From: Candidatus Iainarchaeum sp.
Lineage (GTDB): Archaea; Iainarchaeota; Iainarchaeia; Iainarchaeales; JAFCCW01
Assembly: GCA_017609985.1 (NCBI GenBank)
Contig: JAFCCW010000001.1
Coordinates: 1 to 64,000 of the forward strand
Direction: 5' to 3'
Length of the DNA: 64,000 nt
This document shows, piece after piece, positions 29,858-39,177 of this stretch. Position 1 is the stretch's first letter, and each line of letters starts with the position of its first letter. Made by a program: the position numbers and the translations under genes. The notes beneath the pieces are model-generated. The model worked only from the letters and a program-made list of their open reading frames with translations. It ran no database searches and was not told where the DNA came from.

Positions 29858-30007
29858 TAAAAAAAGAACTGCGGAAAATCCTTTAAACCCGTGTTTTTGG
29901 CAATTCAAGGAAAAAAGCTGAAAAAAACAGCAATATTTAAACAGGTTTTCCAAATAAAAATATTGATTGCATAATTAATTGAGTAAAAAATTTACATTGC
30001 AAAAAAA

Positions 30008-31141
30008 GTGTTTGAAATGAATCCAAAAACAGGCTCGTTAATCTTTCTTCTTTTACTGCTCATTGCAGCTTTCCCCCTGGTTGCGGGGCAGGAAATAGGA
30101 AACTCTGAAAAAACAGTGATTAACTTTTTTTGGGCAGAAGGTTGCCCACACTGTGCAGCAGAAAAAGCATTCTTAACCAAACTTGAAGAAAAATATGAAA
30201 ACATTGACGTGAGAAGATACAATCTGTCAAAGAACGTGGAACTATATTTAGAGCTGGCAAAAAAACATGAAATTGAAATGATTGGCTCAGTTCCAGCAAC
30301 ATTCATTGGAGAAGAAAAATACACAATTGGCTTTCGGCCTGAAAAAATTGAAGAACAAATAAGAGCAGAGCTTGGAATCGAATCAGAAAACGAGTTCGGA
30401 GTAAACGTGCCCTGGCTTGGAAAAATTGATATGAGAACAGCTTCAATACCGCTGATAACTGTTGTGTTTGGGCTAGTTGATGGATTCAACCCATGCGCAA
30501 TGGTTGTGCTAATGTTTCTGCTGTCAATTCTTGTAAGAGAAAGATCAAGAAAAAGAATAATCACGATTGCGGGAATTTTTGTGCTAATAAGCGGACTGTT
30601 TTATTTCATGTTCATGGCTCTCTGGATTAACGTGCTAGAAATAATAAAATATGATTTCATGATAAGAGCAATAGCAGGAGCAATCGCAATAATTGTTGGA
30701 TTGTTCAACATCAAAGATTTTTTTGCGCTCGGAAAAGGATTCTCTTTCTCAATATCTGAAGAAAAAAAAGGAAACATTCTGAGAAAAATTCATGGAATCG
30801 TAAAAAAAGAAGCATTTCTTGCAATGATTGCGGGAGTAATAGTGCTTGCGATAACAGTGAACATGATAGAGCTAGTGTGCACATTCACTCTGCCGGTTAT
30901 TTATGTAAGCATTCTAAAGATACAGGGAATTCCCCTGCTGGAGCAATATTTCTATCTGATTTTGTATGTCCTGTTTTACATGCTTGACGACATAGTAATG
31001 ATTTCAATCGCAGTTGTTACACTGAGCAGCGACAGGGTGACAGAGGGAACTGGAAAAAAGTTAAAGCTCGTGTCAGGATTAATTCTGCTGGCACTCGGAC
31101 TGGCACTTATTTTTGCACCAGGACTTTTGATACTGGGATAA
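30008..31141 (+). CDS. Thioredoxin/glutaredoxin domain fused to a CcdA/DsbD-like membrane redox domain
   Basis: Signal peptide, CPHC, DGFNPCAM, ELVCT, multiple TM helices. Confidence 0.85.
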   Translation: MFEMNPKTGSLIFLLLLLIAAFPLVAGQEIGNSEKTVINFFWAEGCPHCAAEKAFLTKLEEKYENIDVRRYNLSKNVELYLELAKKHEIEMIGSVPATFIGEEKYTIGFRPEKIEEQIRAELGIESENEFGVNVPWLGKIDMRTASIPLITVVFGLVDGFNPCAMVVLMFLLSILVRERSRKRIITIAGIFVLISGLFYFMFMALWINVLEIIKYDFMIRAIAGAIAIIVGLFNIKDFFALGKGFSFSISEEKKGNILRKIHGIVKKEAFLAMIAGVIVLAITVNMIELVCTFTLPVIYVSILKIQGIPLLEQYFYLILYVLFYMLDDIVMISIAVVTLSSDRVTEGTGKKLKLVSGLILLALGLALIFAPGLLILG

Positions 31142-31172
31142 AACAATTAAAGGCAAAAGACATATTTTATTC

Positions 31173-32600
31173 ATGGAACCTATTTGCAAAATAAGCAATA
31201 AAACAGAAAATAAAAAAAATGAAATGCTGTTCTGGCCCTTGCTTGTTTTAGGTTCAATTATTATTCGAAGCATGATTGAAGGAGTTCTAGAAATACAACA
31301 CGAAATGGAAACCATTTTCAATATTTTTGTGCATTATCCATTGTGGAATTTTTGTCTCTTTATTGTACTTGCAATAATGATTGTGATAGTGTCCGGAGAA
31401 AAAGCAGAAAAAGTAACAAAATTTCTTGCAAAAGTCTGGCCCGCGGTAATTCTTGTCCCCATAATTGATTTTATTGTGTCAGGAGGAACTGGATTTTCAA
31501 TAAACTACATCATCACTGAACTGAATCAATTGCCTGCTTTGTTTTTAGAAGGTGGAGGAAAATTTGTGACACCGGGACAAAACACAATAGTGTTTGGAGC
31601 AGTTGGCCTGTTCAGCATTTATGTTTTAAGAAAAACAAAAAACATTTCAAAAGCAATCGCAACAGGATTTGCAACTTACTCACTAGTGTTTATTTATGCG
31701 GCAGCACCAAGTTTTATGCTCGCGCTGACCGGAACAGGAATTAGCTTAATTGGAACAGAGGGTGTTCTTGCAAGAAAACTGATTATTGTTGGATATGGAT
31801 TCCTGCTAGTGGGAGAAACTATATTGCTTGGGCTAGTCTGGAACAAGAAAAAAATTATTGAACTAATAAAAAATTCAAAACCAGAGCGAGCACTCCTTTA
31901 CTCTTCACTGGCTTTGCTTGGAGCGATGATTGCGGGAGTCAGCCACGGATTTGAACTTGGCGCAGTAATGAGTGTGGCAGCAATAGCATTTGAGTCAGGA
32001 TTGCTGTTAAACAATGCATTTGACAAAAACCACAAAACCTGTCTTGAAAAAAGAGAATTAAAGAATTTTTCAGTTTTTCTGGCAGCAATTGCTCTGGCAA
32101 TAGCTCTGACAATCAGCACAGAAGTTGGTTTGTTGACCTTAGTGGCATTGATTAGCTCAACAGTTTATTCTTTGCCAAAGGGAATAAAACAAAAAACAGG
32201 TTTTGCAAATAATTTCTTTCTTGCGGGAATTGCACTGCTCGAAGTTGGCACAGGATATTATTCACAGTTTCCAAAAACAGGTTTTCCAATAGAATATTGT
32301 TTGCTTTTGATTATGGGGTTGGGACTTGCATTCAATGCAAAAGACCTAAAGGACTCAGAAGAAGACAAAAAAGAAGGAATCAGAACACTGCCTGTTTTAC
32401 TGGGCTGGAAAAAATCAAAGATTTTTATTTCGGGACTGCTTGCCCTGGCTTATCTGCTGGTGCCAGTGTTCACAGGATTATTTTTTATGCAAGCAATTGT
32501 GTTTGGAATTGCAAGCAGCATCATCTTTTACAAAACCGGAAACGAAAAAATATCCATTGTCTTATTTTTTGGTTTTTTGCTTTCCATTGCAATTGTGTGA
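31173..32600 (+). CDS. UbiA-family prenyltransferase with extra N-terminal membrane domain
   Basis: KDLKDSEEDKKEGIRTLPV second Asp-rich motif; first motif degenerate (NNAFDK). Confidence 0.7.
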   Translation: MEPICKISNKTENKKNEMLFWPLLVLGSIIIRSMIEGVLEIQHEMETIFNIFVHYPLWNFCLFIVLAIMIVIVSGEKAEKVTKFLAKVWPAVILVPIIDFIVSGGTGFSINYIITELNQLPALFLEGGGKFVTPGQNTIVFGAVGLFSIYVLRKTKNISKAIATGFATYSLVFIYAAAPSFMLALTGTGISLIGTEGVLARKLIIVGYGFLLVGETILLGLVWNKKKIIELIKNSKPERALLYSSLALLGAMIAGVSHGFELGAVMSVAAIAFESGLLLNNAFDKNHKTCLEKRELKNFSVFLAAIALAIALTISTEVGLLTLVALISSTVYSLPKGIKQKTGFANNFFLAGIALLEVGTGYYSQFPKTGFPIEYCLLLIMGLGLAFNAKDLKDSEEDKKEGIRTLPVLLGWKKSKIFISGLLALAYLLVPVFTGLFFMQAIVFGIASSIIFYKTGNEKISIVLFFGFLLSIAIV

Positions 32601-32686
32601 AGCTTGAATCAGTAAAAATCACAAAAAATGAAACAAAAAACTAGAAATAATAACACATATATACAAGAAAGAAAATAGTATAAGTT

Positions 32687-33082
32687 ATGCAAGAAAAAAG
32701 AGGCCAAACATCGCTAGAATATCTAAGCACAGTGGGAATTATACTAATTGTGATAGCAGGACTTGTGAGCTATGCCTTTGTAATATACCCGGAATATGTT
32801 CAGATAAGCACTATGAACAAAAGCCTTAGAACTTTGAAGAGTGCGGTAAACTCTGTTTACTCGCTCGGGCCAGGAAACTCGGAAACAATTGAAATTGAAA
32901 TAACTTCCGGAATTCAGGGTTCAAGAGTATTCAATAATCTTCTGGAATTTACATACGATGACGGAGCAGTTACACAAATTCTCGTGACTCCAAATTTGCA
33001 CGGCACACTCCCAATTACCCGGGGCAGACATAATATTCTTGTAAAAGCAGTTGATGAAAATGTTTTGATTCAGGAGATTTAA
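32687..33082 (+). CDS. Class III signal peptide pilin
   Basis: KRG/QTSLEYLSTVGII. Confidence 0.85.
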   Translation: MQEKRGQTSLEYLSTVGIILIVIAGLVSYAFVIYPEYVQISTMNKSLRTLKSAVNSVYSLGPGNSETIEIEITSGIQGSRVFNNLLEFTYDDGAVTQILVTPNLHGTLPITRGRHNILVKAVDENVLIQEI

Positions 33083-33448
33083 ATGAAACAAAAAAAAGGC
33101 CAGGTTGCCCTTGAAACAATAGCAGGAATTGGAATAATCCTTTTCATGTTCCTAATAGTTTCTGTTGACAGCCTGAACAAGTCAATAACTCAAGAAACTG
33201 TTGAAAATTTAGTGAAAGACGGAGCAAGATGCAGAACTATTGCTGAAAACATTACATCAGCCTATGTTCAAGGAAAATATTCAAAAATAGAAATTTCAAC
33301 AGAATTTGATGTGAATATTTTGGGGAACGAAGTCAGTGTCGGAAACACAACCTGTCCAGTTCTTGGAAGAGTACAGGACGCAGTACTTGAAAAAGGAATA
33401 ATTGTCTTGAAAAACAGTGACGGAATAGTGGTGCTGGAGAATGAATAA
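33083..33448 (+). CDS. Class III signal peptide pilin
   Basis: KKG/QVALETIAGIGII. Confidence 0.85.
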   Translation: MKQKKGQVALETIAGIGIILFMFLIVSVDSLNKSITQETVENLVKDGARCRTIAENITSAYVQGKYSKIEISTEFDVNILGNEVSVGNTTCPVLGRVQDAVLEKGIIVLKNSDGIVVLENE

Positions 33449-33923
33449 AAAAGGCCAAATCGCAACATATGACCTCTTGTTTGCAATAATCATATTTATG
33501 GGAATTTTTGTTTTAATGAACAGCATATGGGTGGAAAATTATTCCAATGCCATAAAAAAAGAAGAAACAAAAAGAATGCAATTCAGTGCAAAACAGGCAA
33601 TGAAAATATTTGTTGACTCTTCAGGATATCCCGCAGACTGGACTTCAGGAAACGTAGAAATACCAGGGCTGTTAAGAGAGTATGGAGCAAAAAAAATAAG
33701 CAATGAAAAAATAACAGAGCTTGCGGGAATGGACTATGATGCAATAAGGAGCTTGCTCAAAATAGAAGAATATGATTTTTTTCTGTCAATAGATGCTCTT
33801 GGCGAAAGCCATGACCAAAACATTGGAACTGTTGTTCCAGCAAACTCAAAAGCAGTACAGCTTGAGCGGGTTAGATACTATCAAGGAGGGGCTGCTTCAA
33901 TTGCACTCACACTTTTTAAATAG
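33441..33923 (+). CDS. Class III signal peptide pilin-like protein
   Basis: KKG/QIATYDLLFAIII; SSGYPADW motif. Confidence 0.85.
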   Translation: MNKKGQIATYDLLFAIIIFMGIFVLMNSIWVENYSNAIKKEETKRMQFSAKQAMKIFVDSSGYPADWTSGNVEIPGLLREYGAKKISNEKITELAGMDYDAIRSLLKIEEYDFFLSIDALGESHDQNIGTVVPANSKAVQLERVRYYQGGAASIALTLFK

Positions 33924-36249
33924 CAAAAAAGGATTTGTTTTTACAATGGAGGCAGTGATAGCTCTCTTGTTTGTCGCAGGATTTATTATAGTAGCAGCAT
34001 CAACCTCCACCCCAGTAAACGAAAGCACAAAAGAAACAGGTCTTGAATCAAAAGAGCTTCTTCAAGGAATTGCACTAGGCATTGATGTGAACGGGGTTGC
34101 ACTGGAAGTGCTTGACAGAAATGGAATAACTGCAACTGAGAAAATGAACATAATAAAAGGAATAATTGACTCAAGACTGCCAGCAAGTTTTGAATCAAGA
34201 ATAGAAATAAGACAATACGATTCAAATGTAGTAGAATGCAAAACAGGATTAAGCTTTGAAGACTGTTTCACAGAGCTTGGAACATTTCCAGCAACAGGAC
34301 AAGCAGTTCCGGAAGACAGAGCAGTCCATCACGAAAAGTTTATGATTGTAAAAAAACAGCCGCCGGCAATGTGTGAAATAAGAGCCGAGGCAATGAGCCT
34401 TGAAAAAGAATTAAGCATTGGAAACAAAAGTATTGAAGAAATTTTTCCAGAAATCTTTTTTGGAGAAACAAAAGTGAAAAATGAGGCAAAGGGAGAAACC
34501 CTGTTTTTTGCAGAAAACGATTTAAACATTATTTTCGGAGCCAGTATGACTCCAAGCGGAGACGTGGAATGTGATGAAACAATAAGAGTTGATTTGAATG
34601 CAACTGTCCCAGACTACGGAAGATTGCCAGCAGACATTGTGCTAGTGCTGGACATAAGTGGAAGCATGATAGATTTTATGAATTTTGGAAAATTTGGAGA
34701 CGGGTCCTTTAACAGCGGAACATACAACAAAGACTGGATGGGCTGCTATAATTATGGAAATTACCAGACATTGATGAGTTATGAAGCAACAGTTGAAAAC
34801 GAGTTAGCAGAAATAACTCCAAGCCCAGAACACAGATTTGGAGGAATAAGAATAAGGCTTGGAAACTATTCATACAGCGGAGACTGCTCCCGCCCAATTG
34901 TAAGACTTAGGTTTCCAGACAATTCAGTCGAAGATGATGGATCAAATGCTGTAACCTGGACAGAAATGCTGCCAGAGGGAACATATACAGTGGAGGGCTG
35001 GAGTGATGACCTGATAAATTATGATTTGAACATCGACATTCCAAAACTAAGGATTGCGAGAATTGCAGCAAAAACCTTTGTTGACCTCGCAGACTGGAAA
35101 AGTCAGGACCATATAGGACTGGTGTCCTATAGCGACACCACAGCAACAGAAGAAATTCTCACAAATGACAGAAACGCAATAAAAGATGCACTTGACGATC
35201 TTAGAACTGGGGGCGGCACAGCAACAGGAGAAGGAATTTATGAAGCAACAGACGAACTTCAAGAGCCTTCAACAGGACACGGCAGAGCAGGAGCAATGTC
35301 CTTCCAGATACTTCTTTCAGACGGGCAGACAAACTCAGGAAGAAGCTCTTCAGGAGCAGCAACAGATGCTGCAAGCAAAGACATCATAATCTACACAATA
35401 GGGTTTGGAGAAGATGCAGACGAAACAGAGCTTGGAAACATTGCAAGCATTACAGGCGGAGAATATTATTATGCTCAAGACATCAACATATTGAATGACG
35501 TGTATGAGCTAATAGCTCTTCAAATAGGGGCTGATTTAAGCCAGACAGAACCAGAAGTAGCCTATGATTCAAACATAAGTATTCCAATTCCAGAATGGGC
35601 AGAAGTAACAGATTTGGGTGGAGGAACAATTGTAGAAAAAGCAGACGGAAACTATCTTGAATTTGATATAGGGCTTTTAAATGCAGACAACCCGTGGACA
35701 GGATATTTTGAAATAAATTTTCCATGCAACAATGAAAATGCCTGCGCAACAAGCCAGCTAACTTTTCCCCCAGACGGAACAAAATTTGGTTATGATGATG
35801 GAGACGGAATTCCACAAGACCTGATAAACTTTGACGAGAATATTACTGTAAACTTCAAGTACAGGGATTTGGCAATAAAAGTGAATACTGCAGAATTGAT
35901 TGGAGACAATATGATAAAACTGGATGTGAATGTGTGGAACAATGGCTGGCTTTCATCAAACGCAAGCTATCTAGACTTTTACCTGCACGACCCAATAACT
36001 GGAAACTTTATTAAACAAGAAACAGTCAATGCATTTTGCGCAGGAAAAGACCCAGCCTGCTCAAACTATATCCAGCTGTTCATAGATCAGGATATTGGAA
36101 CAGAAGGATTTATTTATGCAATCGTCAACAGGGACGGAGCAATTTCAGAATGTCCAAACAACAATGTTGTAGAAATATACTGTTACGGCGGTTCAAAAAC
36201 CCAGTACTATCTGATGGAGCTATGGATCTGGAGAAAGGGGGCAGAATAA
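33901..36249 (+). CDS. Large pilin-like vWA-domain protein (candidate adhesin)
   Basis: Probable TTG start at 33901 after GGAGG; KKG/FVFTMEAVIA; MIDAS DISGS...T.TG.G...LSDG. Confidence 0.82.
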   Translation: MHSHFLNSKKGFVFTMEAVIALLFVAGFIIVAASTSTPVNESTKETGLESKELLQGIALGIDVNGVALEVLDRNGITATEKMNIIKGIIDSRLPASFESRIEIRQYDSNVVECKTGLSFEDCFTELGTFPATGQAVPEDRAVHHEKFMIVKKQPPAMCEIRAEAMSLEKELSIGNKSIEEIFPEIFFGETKVKNEAKGETLFFAENDLNIIFGASMTPSGDVECDETIRVDLNATVPDYGRLPADIVLVLDISGSMIDFMNFGKFGDGSFNSGTYNKDWMGCYNYGNYQTLMSYEATVENELAEITPSPEHRFGGIRIRLGNYSYSGDCSRPIVRLRFPDNSVEDDGSNAVTWTEMLPEGTYTVEGWSDDLINYDLNIDIPKLRIARIAAKTFVDLADWKSQDHIGLVSYSDTTATEEILTNDRNAIKDALDDLRTGGGTATGEGIYEATDELQEPSTGHGRAGAMSFQILLSDGQTNSGRSSSGAATDAASKDIIIYTIGFGEDADETELGNIASITGGEYYYAQDINILNDVYELIALQIGADLSQTEPEVAYDSNISIPIPEWAEVTDLGGGTIVEKADGNYLEFDIGLLNADNPWTGYFEINFPCNNENACATSQLTFPPDGTKFGYDDGDGIPQDLINFDENITVNFKYRDLAIKVNTAELIGDNMIKLDVNVWNNGWLSSNASYLDFYLHDPITGNFIKQETVNAFCAGKDPACSNYIQLFIDQDIGTEGFIYAIVNRDGAISECPNNNVVEIYCYGGSKTQYYLMELWIWRKGAE

Positions 36250-37230
36250 ATGAATCAGAAAGGAATGATGTTTACCCTAATGGCTCTATTTTTGGTTCTT
36301 GGAATAATTGCATTCAACGAAGACTCTATGAGCAAATGGATGCTTGAAAGCGAATCAACAAAATCAATAGATATTTCATCAGTAGAAAACAAGTACGCAA
36401 ACATAATGGAAACCGTGATTCTCCTGCACACAAACAGCTACAGAAAAGAAATTGATGAAAGAAACATTCCGTTTACGTATCTTTGGGCAGAAGACAGCAA
36501 TTCAATAGAAATAAAGCAAAACATTCCCCTGAACACTGTTGATCTTGAAAACTATTTCAATTTTATAAACATATACAATTTTTATCTCTCAGACAACAAC
36601 TACAACAATGTATTTGACGGGCTCGAAATTGATATGAATTCAATAAAGAATGCTCCCTGGGGAGGAACAACTGAAGAACTTCGTTTTTTGGTAAAGCCCT
36701 TTTGTTATCAATACAGAGTAAATGGCGAAGAAGAAATGATACTAGAGGAAGCAAAAACAAAAAAATGTTCAGGAGTGTTTGTTCAATCAAACATTGCCAG
36801 ATTTGACATAACCGTAGCAGTAAGAAATTTTGAAGAAGATTTCAATGTGATTAGCTGCAGTGGAGGCGCATGCCCGGAAGACGCGTTCAATCCCGCAAGC
36901 ACAGACCCATACTATAGGATAGAAATAAACGATGAAAACTGCGGAAACTGCAACTTGAGCCAGAAAGTGATAAGCAAACACTTTGCATGGGGCTCAGATA
37001 ACAACATAACTATTTACAACGACGGGGGCTCACCAGAGTCAACAGAAGTAAAAATAAGAATTAAAGACGATGTAAACATAAGCCGGTATGGAGAAAAAAG
37101 CATTGAAATAAGACTTAAAACAGAATTTGAAGAAGACATAAAGTCTTTTGAATTTCTTGACTTCAACTACACTGTGTACAGCAGGGACGGAAAAGTGAGA
37201 AAATCAAACAATCCGCTAGCAATTGAATAA
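36250..37230 (+). CDS. Class III signal peptide pilin-like protein
   Basis: MNQKG/MMFTLMALFLV; Cys pairs in the soluble domain. Confidence 0.75.
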   Translation: MNQKGMMFTLMALFLVLGIIAFNEDSMSKWMLESESTKSIDISSVENKYANIMETVILLHTNSYRKEIDERNIPFTYLWAEDSNSIEIKQNIPLNTVDLENYFNFINIYNFYLSDNNYNNVFDGLEIDMNSIKNAPWGGTTEELRFLVKPFCYQYRVNGEEEMILEEAKTKKCSGVFVQSNIARFDITVAVRNFEEDFNVISCSGGACPEDAFNPASTDPYYRIEINDENCGNCNLSQKVISKHFAWGSDNNITIYNDGGSPESTEVKIRIKDDVNISRYGEKSIEIRLKTEFEEDIKSFEFLDFNYTVYSRDGKVRKSNNPLAIE

Positions 37231-37238
37231 ACACAAGA

Positions 37239-37293
37239 AAAATAAAAACTTAAAAATAAAAACTTAAAAATTAAAAATAAGAAAAATTAAAAT
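37239..37293. repeat. Short degenerate AT-rich tandem repeat (AAAATAAAAACTTA x2 plus variants)
   Basis: Read directly in the intergenic gap after the pilin cluster. Confidence 0.6.
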
Positions 37294-37331
37294 AGGGAGA
37301 AAAAACAAATTAAAGAAACACAAGTGATTGA

Positions 37332-38237
37332 ATGAAAATACTTGAAGCCCACGAAATAACAAAATGCTTTGAAGACAAAAAAGCAGTTGACACTGTTTCG
37401 CTCTCGGTCAACAAAGGCGACTTTTTTGGACTGCTTGGGCCAAACGGGGCAGGAAAAACAACTCTTGTTAGAATCCTCATGAGCTTGAGAAACTATGATT
37501 CTGGAAAAATATGGCTGTTTGGAAAAGAAAAATTTGGAGAAGAACTTCTTGAAAAAATAGGGTATCTTCCGGAAGAAAAAGGACTTTACGAAGAAAACAC
37601 AGGAATTGAAAACATTTGTTATATTGCTTCGCTTAAAGGAATCAAAAAAGAACAAGCAGAAACAGAGGGAAGAAAGCTTCTTGAAAAAATTAAAATGGAA
37701 GAATATGCAGATAAAAAAGTAAAAAAAATGAGCAAAGGAACAAGACAAAAAATACAGCTCGTGGCAACACTCGTGCACGACCCACAGCTTTTAGTGCTTG
37801 ACGAACCATTCTCGGGACTCGACCCATACAGTGTAAAGCTCATAAAAAGACTGTTGCTGGAGCTTCACAGCAAAGGTAAGACAATAGTGCTGAGCACCCA
37901 CCTAATAAATACAGTTGAAGAAATGTGCACGCGAATTTTAATGGTGAACAATGGAAGAAGAATGCTTTATGGAGACATTGATGATGTGAAAGAAAGATAT
38001 GCACAAAACTCAATTGTTGTTGAAACAAGCTCGGAAATAAAAGATTTAGAGGGTGCGGACCATATTGAAAGATACGGAAGCAATGTAGAAATAGCAATAA
38101 ATGTTACAAAAACACCAGAAGACATACTAGAAGAACTTTTGAAAAGAAAAATAAAGATTTCAAAATATGAAGTAAAAGAACTTTCACTGAATTCTATTTT
38201 TATAAAACTTGTGGAGGCAGAACAATGGATAAAGTAG
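37332..38237 (+). CDS. ABC-2 type transporter ATP-binding subunit (NatA-like)
   Basis: GPNGAGKTT, MSKG signature, LDEPFSGLDP, STH. Confidence 0.93.
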   Translation: MKILEAHEITKCFEDKKAVDTVSLSVNKGDFFGLLGPNGAGKTTLVRILMSLRNYDSGKIWLFGKEKFGEELLEKIGYLPEEKGLYEENTGIENICYIASLKGIKKEQAETEGRKLLEKIKMEEYADKKVKKMSKGTRQKIQLVATLVHDPQLLVLDEPFSGLDPYSVKLIKRLLLELHSKGKTIVLSTHLINTVEEMCTRILMVNNGRRMLYGDIDDVKERYAQNSIVVETSSEIKDLEGADHIERYGSNVEIAINVTKTPEDILEELLKRKIKISKYEVKELSLNSIFIKLVEAEQWIK

Positions 38238-39088
38238 TCAGCATTCTAAAACACGAGTTTATGACAAACTTCAAAAGAACAGAATACAAGTTTCTGACAT
38301 TCTTAATTCCAGGACTTTTTCTGCTGGCAGGAGCATCCACTCTGTTAATAGATCAAACACAAACAGCAGCAATTCTAAGCACGTTTTCTTCACAAAATAT
38401 TTTCTTCACAATTCCAATGAGTTTTGCAATGATTTTCGGACTGACTATTCTGACATCATCTGGATTTTTGCTGAATGGAATGGCAAAAGAAAAAGAAAAC
38501 AGGTTAATGGAAGTAATGCTTACTTCAATAAGTTTCAAAAAAATACTGCTTGGAAAAATTATAGGGCTAGGTTTGCTTGGATTGGTTCAAGTAACAGCAT
38601 GGCTTGCATCAATAGCAATTGTTTTCCTACTCTTTATCCCGCCAACGATAGGAACAGGAATAAATCTTCCAGGACTCGGAACACTGGCTTTTTTTGCAGC
38701 AATATATTTTTTCACAGGATATCTCTTTTTTGCATCACTTCTCGCAGGAATCGGAGCACTGGCAAATGACTTGAGGCAAGCACAACAAATCGGTTCACTC
38801 ATAACTGTTTTTGCACTGTTGCCTGCGTGGTCATCAATAATGCTTGTCTCAGCATCAAACTCGCTTGCAGCAAAAGCAATGAGTTATTTTCCAGTGACTG
38901 CGCCAGTGACAATGATAATTAGAATTTTTCTCGGAGGAGTTGAAACAGGAGAAATAGCCATAAGCATTGTCTCCCTGCTTGTTTCAACAATAGCAGTCAT
39001 ACTTGTTTCAGGTTATCTGTTCAAATCAGATTCACTCATAAAAGATATTGAAAAACAGATGCAAAAAGCAGGAAACAAAGCTGAATAA
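38225..39088 (+). CDS. ABC-2 type permease (NatB-like)
   Basis: EKENRLMEVML, LLGKI.G, about 6 TM helices. Confidence 0.88.
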   Translation: MDKVVSILKHEFMTNFKRTEYKFLTFLIPGLFLLAGASTLLIDQTQTAAILSTFSSQNIFFTIPMSFAMIFGLTILTSSGFLLNGMAKEKENRLMEVMLTSISFKKILLGKIIGLGLLGLVQVTAWLASIAIVFLLFIPPTIGTGINLPGLGTLAFFAAIYFFTGYLFFASLLAGIGALANDLRQAQQIGSLITVFALLPAWSSIMLVSASNSLAAKAMSYFPVTAPVTMIIRIFLGGVETGEIAISIVSLLVSTIAVILVSGYLFKSDSLIKDIEKQMQKAGNKAE

Positions 39089-39177
39089 GAACCAGGAATA
39101 AAAATTCAAAGGAAGGTTTATTAAAAAGAAATAATATAAAAAGAAGGGGAACAGCTCAAAAAGACAGGCGTGGCTAA

